Source of the DNA: Alphaproteobacteria bacterium
GTDB lineage: Bacteria > Pseudomonadota > Alphaproteobacteria > MPNO01
Reading direction: 5' to 3'
Length of the DNA stretch: 64,000 nt
Assembly (NCBI GenBank): GCA_964291675.2
Contig: OZ219866.1
Span: 640,001 to 704,000 of the forward strand
Both the position numbers and the translations under genes were made by a program. The notes under the pieces were generated by a model. It searched no databases, was not told the DNA's origin, and worked only from the letters and a program-made list of their open reading frames with translations. Every line of letters starts with the position of its first letter. Position 1 is the first letter of the stretch. Shown here one piece after another: positions 10,009-19,367 of this stretch.

Positions 10009-11016
10009 ATGCCCGCCCGCGAGGCCGACCGCGCGGTCGCCCTGTGGCTCTACATCTGCTGCGCGATGATCTTCGCGATGGTGGTGCTGGGCGGGCTCAC
10101 CCGGCTCACCGGCTCCGGGCTCTCGATGGCGACCTGGCGGCCGGCGACCGGCTGGCTGCCGCCGCTCGACGCCGCCGGGTGGGAGGCCGCGTTCGCCCTC
10201 TACCGCGAGACGCCGGAGTTCAGGCGGGTCAATTTCTGGATGACGGTCGAGGACTTCCGCTCGATCTTCTGGCTGGAATACCTGCACCGGCTCTGGGGCC
10301 GCCTCATCGGGCTGGTCTTCGCCGTCCCGGCGGTCTGGTTCGCGCTGCGCGGGAGGATCGGCCGCCGGCTCGGGCTCGCGCTCGGCATCGCCTTCCTGCT
10401 GGGCGCCGCGCAGGGCGCGCTCGGCTGGTACATGGTGCAGAGCGGGCTGGTCGACCGGCCCGAGGTCAGCCATTACCGGCTGGCGGCGCATCTCGTGCTC
10501 GCGCTCGCGGTCTACGGCTTTCTGCTCTGGCTGGCGCTCGGCCTGACGCACGAGCGCGCGGCGCGCGGGGCGCACGGCGCGCATCTCGGCCTGATCGTCG
10601 CCGGCATCGCGCTGACCGCGACCTGGGGCGCCTTCACGGCCGGGCTCGACGCCGGGCACATCCACCCGACCTTCCCCCTGATGGACGGCGGGCTGGTCCC
10701 GCCCGAGGCGTTCTCGATCGCGCCCTGGACCGCCGACCTGACGGACAACCCGGCGACGGTCCAGTTCGTCCACCGCTGGCTCGCGATCGTCGTGCTCGCC
10801 GCGATCCTGGCGCTTCGGTGGCGCGTCCGCCGCGCGCCGCCGCGCGAGCGGCTGGCATACGACCTGCTGGCCGGGATGGGGCTCGTCCAGGCCGGGCTCG
10901 GCATCGCCACCCTGCTGCTCGGCGTCCCGCTGGCCGCGGCCGCGCTGCACCAGGCCGGCGCGGCGGTCCTGCTCAGCCTCGCGATCCACGCCCTGCACGC
11001 GAGCCGCCGGGTTTGA
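10009..11016 (+). CDS. ctaA: Heme A synthase (COX15/CtaA)
   Basis: GGLTRLTGSGLS, EYLHRLWGR, GWYMV.SGL, HYRLAAH, QFVHR and LHQAGA motifs. Confidence 0.93.
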   Translation: MPAREADRAVALWLYICCAMIFAMVVLGGLTRLTGSGLSMATWRPATGWLPPLDAAGWEAAFALYRETPEFRRVNFWMTVEDFRSIFWLEYLHRLWGRLIGLVFAVPAVWFALRGRIGRRLGLALGIAFLLGAAQGALGWYMVQSGLVDRPEVSHYRLAAHLVLALAVYGFLLWLALGLTHERAARGAHGAHLGLIVAGIALTATWGAFTAGLDAGHIHPTFPLMDGGLVPPEAFSIAPWTADLTDNPATVQFVHRWLAIVVLAAILALRWRVRRAPPRERLAYDLLAGMGLVQAGLGIATLLLGVPLAAAALHQAGAAVLLSLAIHALHASRRV

Positions 11017-11072
11017 CATCGAAAAGGCGGCTGGACCACCATCGGGCGACCCTTCCCACCGGCAAGGCGGCG

Positions 11073-11513
11073 ATGACGGACCCTCCACCCTTCGACCAGG
11101 CGCTCGCGCGGCTCCGCGCGGCGCTCGCCGATGTCGCCAACGGCGACGTGGCGGCGATCAAGGCGCTCTATGCGCAGACCGACGAGGCCACCAGCTTCTA
11201 CGGCTGGGGCGGCTACGAGAAGGGCTGGGAGGCGGTCTCGCGGCGCTGGGACTGGGCGGGGCGGCAGTTCGGCGGCGGCACCGTCCGCCACGAGAACCTG
11301 ACGACCGTGGTCACCGCCGAGCTCGCCTACACCACCGACATCGAGACCTTCGAAACCGCGATGGACGGGATCGACGGCAAGGCGCGCTGGTCGAACCGGG
11401 TCACCCATGTCTTCCGCGCCATCGCGGGCGAGTGGCGCCTGGTCCACCGCCACGCCAACCGGCTCGAGGACCGCTACGAGCCGGCCCTCCGGCTCGACAC
11501 CACCGAGGGGTGA
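11073..11513 (+). CDS. SnoaL/NTF2-like protein
   Basis: NGDVAAIKALY...GWEAV...RVTHVFR...WRLVHRHA. Confidence 0.8.
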   Translation: MTDPPPFDQALARLRAALADVANGDVAAIKALYAQTDEATSFYGWGGYEKGWEAVSRRWDWAGRQFGGGTVRHENLTTVVTAELAYTTDIETFETAMDGIDGKARWSNRVTHVFRAIAGEWRLVHRHANRLEDRYEPALRLDTTEG

Positions 11514-11517
11514 GACC

Positions 11518-12693
11518 ATGAGCGACGATGCGGAGATCCGTGCCGAAGAGACCCTCGCCAGGGCGCGCGAGCTGGTCCCGGTTTTCGCCGAACGCGCACA
11601 GGCGACGGAGGCGCTGCGCAGCCTGCCGGACGAGACGATAGCCGACATCCGGGCGGCCGGCCTCCACGCGATGGGCAAGCCGCTTCGCCTCGGCGGCGCC
11701 GAGCTGCCGTTCGATGCGATCGTCCGGATCGTGGCCGCGCTCGCCCGCGGCTGCGCCTCGACCGCCTGGGTGTGCGGCGTCTACTCGGACCACGCGATGA
11801 TCGTCGGCATGATGGACCCGCGCGTCGCCGACGAGGTCTGGGCCGACGACCCGGACGCGACGATCTCGGCCGGGTTCTTCCCCGCCGGCACCAACGAGCC
11901 GGCCGATGGCGGCTGGCGGCTCACCGGGCGCTGGGGCTTCGCCAGCGGCTGCGACCACGCGCGCTGGGTGTTTCTCGGCAGCGTCGTCGCCGACGGGGAC
12001 GCGCCGCCGGAGCCCTATCTCTGCCTGGTGCCGGTCGACGAGGTCGAGATCGACGACGACTGGCAGGTGATGGGTCTCGCCGGCACCGGGTCGAAGACCC
12101 TGGTGGCCGACGGGGTGTTCGTGCCGCGCCACCGCACGATCCCGCTCCGCCTGTCGAGCGGCGGCTGGGAGGCGCGCGGCAGGCCGGACGTGCCGCCGCT
12201 CTACCGCCTGCCGCACGTCACCACCATCCCGTTCCACTTCGCCGCCACCGCGCTCGGCACCGCCGAGGGGCTGCTCGACGACGTGATCGCCGAGATCGGC
12301 GAGCGGCACTCCTTCGGCGCCCCGGTCGCCGAATACGCCACGATGCAGCTCCGCATCGCCGCCGCCTCGGCCGAGATCGACTGCGCCCGCATGCTGATCG
12401 AGCGCGACACCGGCGAGGCGATGGCGGCGATGCGCGACGGGCGCTCGCTGACGCTCCAGGAGCGCGCCCGCAACCGGCGCGACATGGCCATCGCCGCCCG
12501 GTTCTGCCAGAGCGCCGCCGAGGGGCTGTTCGAGGCGGGCGGGGCGCGGAGCGTCTACTCGTCGAGCGTCCTGCAGCGCAAGTTCCGCGACGTCCGGGTG
12601 GCGGCGAACCACATCATCCTCAAATGGGACGTGGCGGGAACCACCTACGGCCGCGTCGCCCTCGGCCTCGACCCCGCCTCGCCGTTCATCTGA
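11518..12693 (+). CDS. Acyl-CoA dehydrogenase-fold flavin-dependent monooxygenase (HsaA/HpaH C2-like)
   Basis: ASTAW, GRWGFASGCDHA, DDWQVMGLAGTGS and QRKFRD..H motifs. Confidence 0.88.
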   Translation: MSDDAEIRAEETLARARELVPVFAERAQATEALRSLPDETIADIRAAGLHAMGKPLRLGGAELPFDAIVRIVAALARGCASTAWVCGVYSDHAMIVGMMDPRVADEVWADDPDATISAGFFPAGTNEPADGGWRLTGRWGFASGCDHARWVFLGSVVADGDAPPEPYLCLVPVDEVEIDDDWQVMGLAGTGSKTLVADGVFVPRHRTIPLRLSSGGWEARGRPDVPPLYRLPHVTTIPFHFAATALGTAEGLLDDVIAEIGERHSFGAPVAEYATMQLRIAAASAEIDCARMLIERDTGEAMAAMRDGRSLTLQERARNRRDMAIAARFCQSAAEGLFEAGGARSVYSSSVLQRKFRDVRVAANHIILKWDVAGTTYGRVALGLDPASPFI

Positions 12694-12699
12694 GGGACG

Positions 12700-12811
12700 G
12701 TCCTTCGATACGCCCGCCCGCGGCGGGCTTTTCGGGATGAGGGTGAACGATCGGGGCGGCGCCGCACCCAACCCTCATCCCGGGTAGCCGCGGAGCCGCG
12801 TATCGAAGGAC
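12700..12811. repeat. Inverted pair of REP-like elements (CTCATCC...TCGAAGGA family)
   Basis: tccttcgatacgcccgcccgcggcgggc...gggatgag facing ctcatcccgggtagcc...cgtatcgaagga; same family as 6209-6249. Confidence 0.65.
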
Positions 12812-12822
12812 GGCTCCCGCCC

Positions 12823-13830
12823 TCACCCGCGGAACGCCGGCAGCACCTCCTCGATGCAGCGCTGGAGCTGCTCGCGCGGGCGGGCGGAGACGAAGCGCAG
12901 GATCGGCATCGTGCAGCCGGCCTCGATATAGGCGGCGAGCTTGTCGATCACCGCCTGCGGCGAGCCCCAGGCGAGCCAGGTCTCGGCCTGGTCGCGCGTG
13001 ATGTAGCCGGCGCCGTAATAGGCGCCGAGGAAGGTCGTCGCCTCGGCGAAGGCGCGGTCCCGGTCCTCGTCGATATTGACCATCATGTGGAGCGAGCCGT
13101 CGAAATCGGCGGGATCGCGGCCGAGCTCGGCGGCGTAGCTACGGATCTTCTCGAAGCGTTCCCTGAAGGTCTCCGCCGGCGTGCCGTCGGTCTGCCAGCC
13201 ATCGGCATGGGTGGCGACGCGCCTGAGAATCCGTTCCATCGCCTGTTCCGGCACGTCGTCGCCCTTGGGGTTGACGGCGATGTGGATCGGCATCGGGCGC
13301 TGCACCGGCTTCGGCTGCAGATCGACCCCGGCGAAGCTGCGGAACGCGCCGTCATGGCTCGCCTCGCCCTCGGCCCACAGCTTGCGCAGGATCTCGATCC
13401 CCTCGACGACGCGGGCCGGGCGCTCGGCCGACTTCACCCCCATCACCTCCAGCTCGTGGGCGAATTGCGGGCCGTCGAAACGCGACCCGCCATTGCAGAC
13501 GGCGAGGATCGTGCGCCCCTTGGACAGCACGTCGAGGCTCGCCCATTGCAGCGCGAACAACAGCGGCTCGCGCAGCGGGAAGCTCGCCAGGCAGACGGTG
13601 CCGAGCTTCACCCGCTCGGTGCGGACGGCCATCGCCGACAGCGTGACCAGCGCCTCGACCCGGGGCTTGGACAGGAGGTTGTCGCCCACCCAGACGCCGT
13701 GGAACAGGCCCGACTCCTCGGCGGTCCCGGCCATGTCGAGCAGGTCGTCGAGGCTCCCCCAGTCGAACAGGATCGCCCGGGTCGACAGCGACAGGCCGAA
13801 CCTGGCGCGCATGGGTACGGTCTCGCTCAT
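12823..13830 (-). CDS. LLM-class (luciferase-like) flavin-dependent oxidoreductase
   Basis: VWVGD, TERVKLGT, LDVLSKGR, PKPVQRP and ADGW motifs. Confidence 0.88.
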   Translation of the reverse strand: MSETVPMRARFGLSLSTRAILFDWGSLDDLLDMAGTAEESGLFHGVWVGDNLLSKPRVEALVTLSAMAVRTERVKLGTVCLASFPLREPLLFALQWASLDVLSKGRTILAVCNGGSRFDGPQFAHELEVMGVKSAERPARVVEGIEILRKLWAEGEASHDGAFRSFAGVDLQPKPVQRPMPIHIAVNPKGDDVPEQAMERILRRVATHADGWQTDGTPAETFRERFEKIRSYAAELGRDPADFDGSLHMMVNIDEDRDRAFAEATTFLGAYYGAGYITRDQAETWLAWGSPQAVIDKLAAYIEAGCTMPILRFVSARPREQLQRCIEEVLPAFRG

Positions 13831-13831
13831 G

Positions 13832-15025
13832 TCAGCCCCCGAGCCAGGAGAGGATCGTCCGCGCGACCACGCGCGCCACCCGCTCCAGGCAGGAGAGCGC
13901 GACGAGGTCGGTGTCCAGCACGCCCTCGCCGCCGGCGACGCCGTACATCACGGCCGGAACCCCGGCGGCGCAGGGTCCGCCGGCGTCGAACGTGCCCTGC
14001 CCGTAATAGGTCCCGGGCGGCGCGCCGTGCACCGATTCATGCGCCTCGGCGAGCAGCCGGACCACCGGGTCGGCGGGATCGACCAGGGCCGGCCACATGT
14101 GGTGGCCCTGCTCCACCGTGACGGCCCAGGGCGAGAGGTCGCCGATCGCCTGGCGCACCTCTTCGGTCGCCGCCGCCGGATCGTCGCCCGGCAGCAGGCG
14201 CCGGTCGATGCGCATCCGCGCGGTGTCGGGGATGGTGTGCGGGGCGAGCGGCGAATAGGCGATCTGGTAGGGCAGCGCGTGGCGGCCGCCGAGCAGCTCG
14301 TGGGTGCCTTCTAAGCTCATCCGCTTGAGGCGGCTCATGACCTCCCACGCCCCGTCGATCGCGCTCAGCCCGGTATCCGGCACGCTCGAATGGACCGCCT
14401 TGCCGCGCACCGTGACGTTCACGTCGACCCGGCCGCGATTGCCCATGGAAATCCGCTCGCCGGTCGCGGTCATCAGCAGCGCGAAATCCGGCTTGGCATC
14501 CAGCGCGGCGAGGATCGCCTCGGAGCATTTGTGGCTCGACCGCCCCTCGTTGTTGATGGCGACATAGAGCGTGCCGGGGAGCTCCGTCCCGGTATCGGCG
14601 AGCAGCTTGAGGATGGCGAGCGCGATCGCCTGGTGCGACTTGTTCTGCCCCACCCCCATGCCGAACACGCAGGGCTCGTCGCGCCCCCAGGCGGCGCCCG
14701 AGGCGACCTTCCCGGACCACGGGTCGTCCATCAGGTTGTGGTGCTGCACCGGGGTGTAGACCTGGACCAGCAGCGACCGGCCGTTGGTCCCCGCGCCGTG
14801 GCGCGCGACGATCTGGTTGCCCGGCACGTCGATCAGGTCGTAGGCGCCGGCCCGGGCGAGCCTGGGCCTGAGCACGTTCTGCACGTAGTGGACCAGCTTC
14901 GGGTCGTCGGGCTCGATAAACACCTCGTGCCCCATCGGCACGTCGACCGGCACCCGCGCCAGCTCGACCAGCGTGTCGATCAGGAAACGCCGGTCCAGCC
15001 GGCCGACTAGCGTCTCGATGTCCAT
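13832..15025 (-). CDS. M20 family metallopeptidase/deacylase (ArgE/DapE-like, divergent ligands)
   Basis: NNEG, GKAVHSS.P, IDRRLLPG and TFDAG motifs. Confidence 0.75.
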   Translation of the reverse strand: MDIETLVGRLDRRFLIDTLVELARVPVDVPMGHEVFIEPDDPKLVHYVQNVLRPRLARAGAYDLIDVPGNQIVARHGAGTNGRSLLVQVYTPVQHHNLMDDPWSGKVASGAAWGRDEPCVFGMGVGQNKSHQAIALAILKLLADTGTELPGTLYVAINNEGRSSHKCSEAILAALDAKPDFALLMTATGERISMGNRGRVDVNVTVRGKAVHSSVPDTGLSAIDGAWEVMSRLKRMSLEGTHELLGGRHALPYQIAYSPLAPHTIPDTARMRIDRRLLPGDDPAAATEEVRQAIGDLSPWAVTVEQGHHMWPALVDPADPVVRLLAEAHESVHGAPPGTYYGQGTFDAGGPCAAGVPAVMYGVAGGEGVLDTDLVALSCLERVARVVARTILSWLGG

Positions 15026-15158
15026 ATCCGGTCTCCATTGCTGTCCGGCCCAAATTCTCGGCGACTGCCCCGCGCCGATTGGCGAGAACGCCTCCGCCTC
15101 CGTCTCGTCATCGCGGAGTTGTTGGGGAATTATAGACGCGAGCACCGCGGCGCGGGCG

Positions 15159-15572
15159 TCAGCCGCCGTTACGGCTCAGGCCGCTGACCAGGTCCTGATC
15201 TATTAGCGCGACCTCACTCGGGGGAAGAACCACGAGGGCGAGGCGGAAAATCCTGAGAAAGTCCATCCCGACCAGAATCCTTGGCAGCGTGTCGGACAGC
15301 ATGATGACCCCACGCCGGGAGTAGCGCTGGAAGTCCGCCGTCCCGTAGGCGGTCTCCATGGCGATCTTCCGGTTGTCCGCGAGCGTCAATTCCACCATCG
15401 GGCCGACTTCCAGACGGACGGCCTCGGCGAGGCTCTTCGGCATCTGAAGAAACCCCGAGAAGCCGGTGTCGATCACCACGTCGTCGAGAGCATGACTTCT
15501 TCCGTCCAGACCTCGCAAATCGACCTGCGTGCAGGGGTTCCCCTGGCGGTCAAAGTGCCCTGGCGTATACAT
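15159..15572 (-). CDS. Retropepsin-like (clan AA) aspartic protease
   Basis: VVIDTGFSGFL catalytic motif; LADN flap; ILVGMDFL. Confidence 0.85.
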   Translation of the reverse strand: MYTPGHFDRQGNPCTQVDLRGLDGRSHALDDVVIDTGFSGFLQMPKSLAEAVRLEVGPMVELTLADNRKIAMETAYGTADFQRYSRRGVIMLSDTLPRILVGMDFLRIFRLALVVLPPSEVALIDQDLVSGLSRNGG

Positions 15573-15822
15573 CGTCCGAGGTGCAGCTCATGCGGAACGC
15601 ACCCGGCGAGCCGACCCGGATCAGGTAGAAAATCCCTTCCGGCGCCTTTTTCTTCGCTGCTTCGAAAGCCTTTTCCGGCTTCCGGCTTCGCCAGATGTCC
15701 TCGGTGCCGATGTCGATCACGACAAAGCTGTCGCGATATTTCCTTTCGTACTCTTCCCGGTACTTCTTGTTGTAGATCTTCTCTCCCCGCGCGACGATCT
15801 CCTCTGGCGATGGCTTCTCCAT
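15550..15822 (-). CDS. Small DUF5678-like protein
   Basis: RGEKIY...KYRDSFVVIDIGT...AFEAAKKKAPEGIFYLIRVG; overlaps the protease start by 23 nt. Confidence 0.7.
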   Translation of the reverse strand: MEKPSPEEIVARGEKIYNKKYREEYERKYRDSFVVIDIGTEDIWRSRKPEKAFEAAKKKAPEGIFYLIRVGSPGAFRMSCTSDDVYARAL

Positions 15823-16074
15823 GGCCCCGTCTCCGTTTGCGTGCCGGTCATCGCGGGCATCAGGGTAAAGGGTGGGTCGGGCGGATTATACCGGGAAGTC
15901 TTGGGGATATGTGTGAATCGGCGGGATATGTGGATGGCCGGAGCAAGCCCCGGACTGTGATCCGGGGCAAGTCCGGCCACAACATGTTGTGTACCCGCGA
16001 CGCCCTGACTTGCCAAATCCGTTGCGAAGGTGTCGCCCCAAGGGAGTTGCCGCGTTTGGACACCCGTTCCCCGG

Positions 16075-16656
16075 TCACGCCTCCAATCCCGGATTTCGCC
16101 GCTTCACGCTCTCTGCCAGAAGCTCGAAGAACCCGTCAAGATTGCTGGGAGCGAGTAGAGTCGGGCCTGCGGAGAAATCCACCTCGACAACGGCGGTGGC
16201 TTCGACCATTCCTGCGGCCCATGCTGGCGCTTGTCGCCCGGACAGCCGTCCGACAAAGGAACGGAAGGTGTCGATCCATCTGTTGCCCGGGTCGTCCGCC
16301 GCGTTCAGAACCATGATGTAGCCGGTCACGATCTCTGGCGAGTGAAGTTGGACATTCGCCATCTCTCCCATCAGGTCGTCGGCGCGGTTGGGCACGGAGC
16401 CGGCCAGGTTTCGGAGAATGGACTTCAGGCTGATCCCAAGCCTGACCTTGCCATCGTGGCTGCACGCGACATCCCAAATCTTGTCGCGGCCTATGCCGGG
16501 GACGCGCACCTCGGATCGTGCACCCGGCACTCCGCGTCGCTCCAGTTCCTGGATGCATAGGGCGGCCAATTGTCTCAGCCGCGCGGTCGACGTGCCCTTG
16601 CCTTCGGCGACGGCCGTTTGGTAGAGCCCGTCAACGGCATCTTGAAGGGTCAGCAT
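16075..16656 (-). CDS. Type II restriction endonuclease, PaeR7I/XhoI-like
   Basis: VPGIGRDKIWDV...ISLKS...NRADDLMGE resembles the PG..R.K.WD...KS...NR.EE..G pattern; overlaps the methyltransferase stop. Confidence 0.6.
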   Translation of the reverse strand: MLTLQDAVDGLYQTAVAEGKGTSTARLRQLAALCIQELERRGVPGARSEVRVPGIGRDKIWDVACSHDGKVRLGISLKSILRNLAGSVPNRADDLMGEMANVQLHSPEIVTGYIMVLNAADDPGNRWIDTFRSFVGRLSGRQAPAWAAGMVEATAVVEVDFSAGPTLLAPSNLDGFFELLAESVKRRNPGLEA

Positions 16657-17591
16657 CGAACCGTTGTCGTGGAGAGTCGGCTCTCCAGGCGTTGGCGGGC
16701 AATCTGGAGGTAGGACGGCTCGATCTCGATGCCGATGCTGTTGCGCCCGCATCGACTCGCGGCCACCTGTGTGGTCGCCGTTCCGGTGAACGGGTCCAGA
16801 ACGGTATCGCCGACGAAGCTGAACATGCGAACCAGCCGTTCCGCGAGATCGAGAGGGTAGGGCGCGGGATGGTCTCGCGTCGATGCCCCGCTCAATCCGG
16901 TCCAGACTTGTCGGAACCAGGCGTCATGGTCGTCCGCCGAAATCAGGCTCAGGATCCGCGCTTCCGGCGAGGGGCTGCGATACCCGCCGGGCTTGCGCAG
17001 CATGAGGATGTATTCGATGTCGTTCTTGAGCACCCCGTTCGGCTCGAACGGTTTGCCGAGATACGATCCGCTGCCGCTGGCCTCGGTCCGCATGTTCGCG
17101 ATCTTGTGCCAGATGATGGGCGACAGGTTGTCGAAGCCGATCGCTCGGCACTGTTCCTGAATGCCGGCATGCAGGGGAATGACCGTATGGCGCCCGCTGT
17201 TCCGACGGCGGGACAAGCACACGTCGCCGACCACGCACACCAACCGGCCACCTGGCACCAAGGCGTCGAAGCACCTCTCCCAGACCGCTCGCAGCTCGGC
17301 CAGGAATTCGTCGTATTCCGCCATCCGGCCTAGCTGGCCGTCCGTGTCCGGATACTCTTTCAGCGTCCAGTAGGGCGGAGATGTAACGACCAAATGAACG
17401 GAGCCGCGTTCGATATCGACGGCGCGTGCGTCGCCCAATATCAACCGATGGTGCGTCGGCAGTGCCGCCAGGGCGGACCTGATCCGCGCCGTCGCCTTGC
17501 GATCCTTGGCCAACTTCGGAAGGGCGTGCTTTAGATCGGCATCCGCCATCGAGTCCGCGGGCAGAAGCCCGGCAGGGACCGCCAGCATCAC
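16650..17591 (-). CDS. Site-specific DNA methyltransferase, beta class (N4-C/N6-A)
   Basis: Motif IV VTSPPY precedes HPAPYP and motif I VLDPFTGTATT...GIEIE. Confidence 0.92.
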   Translation of the reverse strand: MMLAVPAGLLPADSMADADLKHALPKLAKDRKATARIRSALAALPTHHRLILGDARAVDIERGSVHLVVTSPPYWTLKEYPDTDGQLGRMAEYDEFLAELRAVWERCFDALVPGGRLVCVVGDVCLSRRRNSGRHTVIPLHAGIQEQCRAIGFDNLSPIIWHKIANMRTEASGSGSYLGKPFEPNGVLKNDIEYILMLRKPGGYRSPSPEARILSLISADDHDAWFRQVWTGLSGASTRDHPAPYPLDLAERLVRMFSFVGDTVLDPFTGTATTQVAASRCGRNSIGIEIEPSYLQIARQRLESRLSTTTVRC

Positions 17592-18002
17592 GACCGCACC
17601 CCCGAAGCCGGCCCGTGGCCGGCTGTCGGGTCGTTGTAGCGAAGCCGATTGCCGCCCGTTCCCGCGATTGCGCCAACCATTCGACCCGTCCTGTCCGCCT
17701 CCGCGGGCCCGCCGAACGCCCCGCGATCCGATGCGGAGGCTTCCCGCGGGTCGTGCGCCCGGTGCCAGGCCGGTTTCCGGGAAGAATTCGGATCACGGTG
17801 GAGCTTCATACTCGACATCGATTTCAAGCTGGTCCGGGGCAGGCAGGCCCCGGCAGCCCAGGTCCGGTAGCCGCGGCTGGAGCAATCCATGGCCGTGCCG
17901 ACCTTGACGCTAGACCGCTTCCGGCATTCCTTCTCCCGGCGCCGATAGAGCATTGTCCTGTGCTTGACAGGATAGAGGACATTGGTCGTCCCGTCAGCCT
18001 GC

Positions 18003-19208
18003 TCACCCCACATTCACCCCGTCCGAGGTCACCGTGCCGCCGAGCGCCCAGGAGCCCCAGGTCTGGAGGTGGGTCTTGCGCGCCTGCATCTGCAGCGCGA
18101 CGGCGTGGATGTCGCGGAAGCGGCGCTCGAAGGGGCTCGACGCCATGACCGCGCTGGTGCCGGCGGTGTCGAAGAGCGGGCCCGTGGCCGCCTTGGCCTC
18201 GCCGATCGCATGGGTGCCGGCGAGCCGGATGGTCATCAGCGTGTCCACCGACATGCGGCCCGCCGCGGCGAGATCGGCCGCGCCCGCCTCCGCCGCCTCG
18301 ACGAGAAAGGCGCGCGCGCCGCGGATCCTGGCATCGGCGCGGGCGACCTCCTCGTGCACCGCCGGGTTCTCCTTCAGCGTGAAGCGGGCGCCGCGCGGGC
18401 GTTTCTCCCGCGCCAGCGCGACGAAGGCGTCGAACAGGCCGCGCGCGATGCCGAGCGCGACGGCGGCGAAGCCGATGGCGTAGACCGACATCAGCGGCAT
18501 GCCGTGCAGCGAGGAGATCGCCGGCCGGTCGTCGATCATCGTGGCGCGGACGATGGTCCGTTCCTCGGGCACGAACAGGCCGTCGCAGGCGAACCCGTCG
18601 CTGCCGGTGCCGCGCAGCCCCACGGCGTCCCAGCCGTCGGACAGCGTCACGGTGCCGGCGGGGACCAGGGCGGTGCGGTTCTCCGGCTCGCCCCTGGGAT
18701 CGCGCCTCGGCGTCCCGTCCTTCTCCAGCGCCGCGCAATGGGCGGCGAGCCAGGTCGCATGGTGGCTGCCGCTCGCGAAATTGGTGCGCGCGGTGACGGA
18801 ATAGCCGCCGTCGACGGCGCGCGCCTCGGCCTTGCCGGGCCCCCAGGCGAGCACTGCGGCGGGGTCCCGCCCCCAGATCTCCTGCGCCAGCGCGGGTTCG
18901 AGGAAGCCGGCGAGCGAGGCGCAGCCATTGCCCTGGGCGACGCACCAGGCGGCGCTGCCGTCGTGGCGGGCTATCGCCTCGACCACCGGCAGGAACACGG
19001 GAAGCGTCATCTCCGCGCCGCCATAGGCGACCGGCAGCAGCAGGCGGAACAGCCCCTGTTCGTGCAGCGCCGCCATGGCCGCGTCGCTCAGCCGCCGGGC
19101 GCGGTCGGCCTCGGGCGCCAGCGCCTCGACGACCGGGCCGGCCTCCGCCACGCGGGCGAGCCAGGCATCGGTGTCGAGAGCGGCGAGGTCGTGGCCGGGC
19201 GCGTCCAT
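18003..19208 (-). CDS. Acyl-CoA dehydrogenase-fold flavin-dependent monooxygenase
   Basis: DGSAAW, FASGSHHA, WDAVGLRGTGS and ERRFRDIH motifs. Confidence 0.88.
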   Translation of the reverse strand: MDAPGHDLAALDTDAWLARVAEAGPVVEALAPEADRARRLSDAAMAALHEQGLFRLLLPVAYGGAEMTLPVFLPVVEAIARHDGSAAWCVAQGNGCASLAGFLEPALAQEIWGRDPAAVLAWGPGKAEARAVDGGYSVTARTNFASGSHHATWLAAHCAALEKDGTPRRDPRGEPENRTALVPAGTVTLSDGWDAVGLRGTGSDGFACDGLFVPEERTIVRATMIDDRPAISSLHGMPLMSVYAIGFAAVALGIARGLFDAFVALAREKRPRGARFTLKENPAVHEEVARADARIRGARAFLVEAAEAGAADLAAAGRMSVDTLMTIRLAGTHAIGEAKAATGPLFDTAGTSAVMASSPFERRFRDIHAVALQMQARKTHLQTWGSWALGGTVTSDGVNVG

Positions 19209-19367
19209 CGCGGCGCCTCTCGCTGATTGTTTACCGTCCGATTATGCGGGCGGGGCGGCGGGCTGTCACGGCGGCACGCTTGACCGGTCCCGGCAATTGC
19301 TGTGGTATCGAGGCCAAGATCGCGCAAGACGATCCGGCTCGACAAGGCACATGCGAAGGGAGAAGCC

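Noticed and set aside
17592-18000. ORFs 17588-18013 and 17497-17907, and a short palindrome (tcctgt-N5-acagga near 17957)
   Set aside because: No family motifs; the palindrome is too short to assign as an operator.
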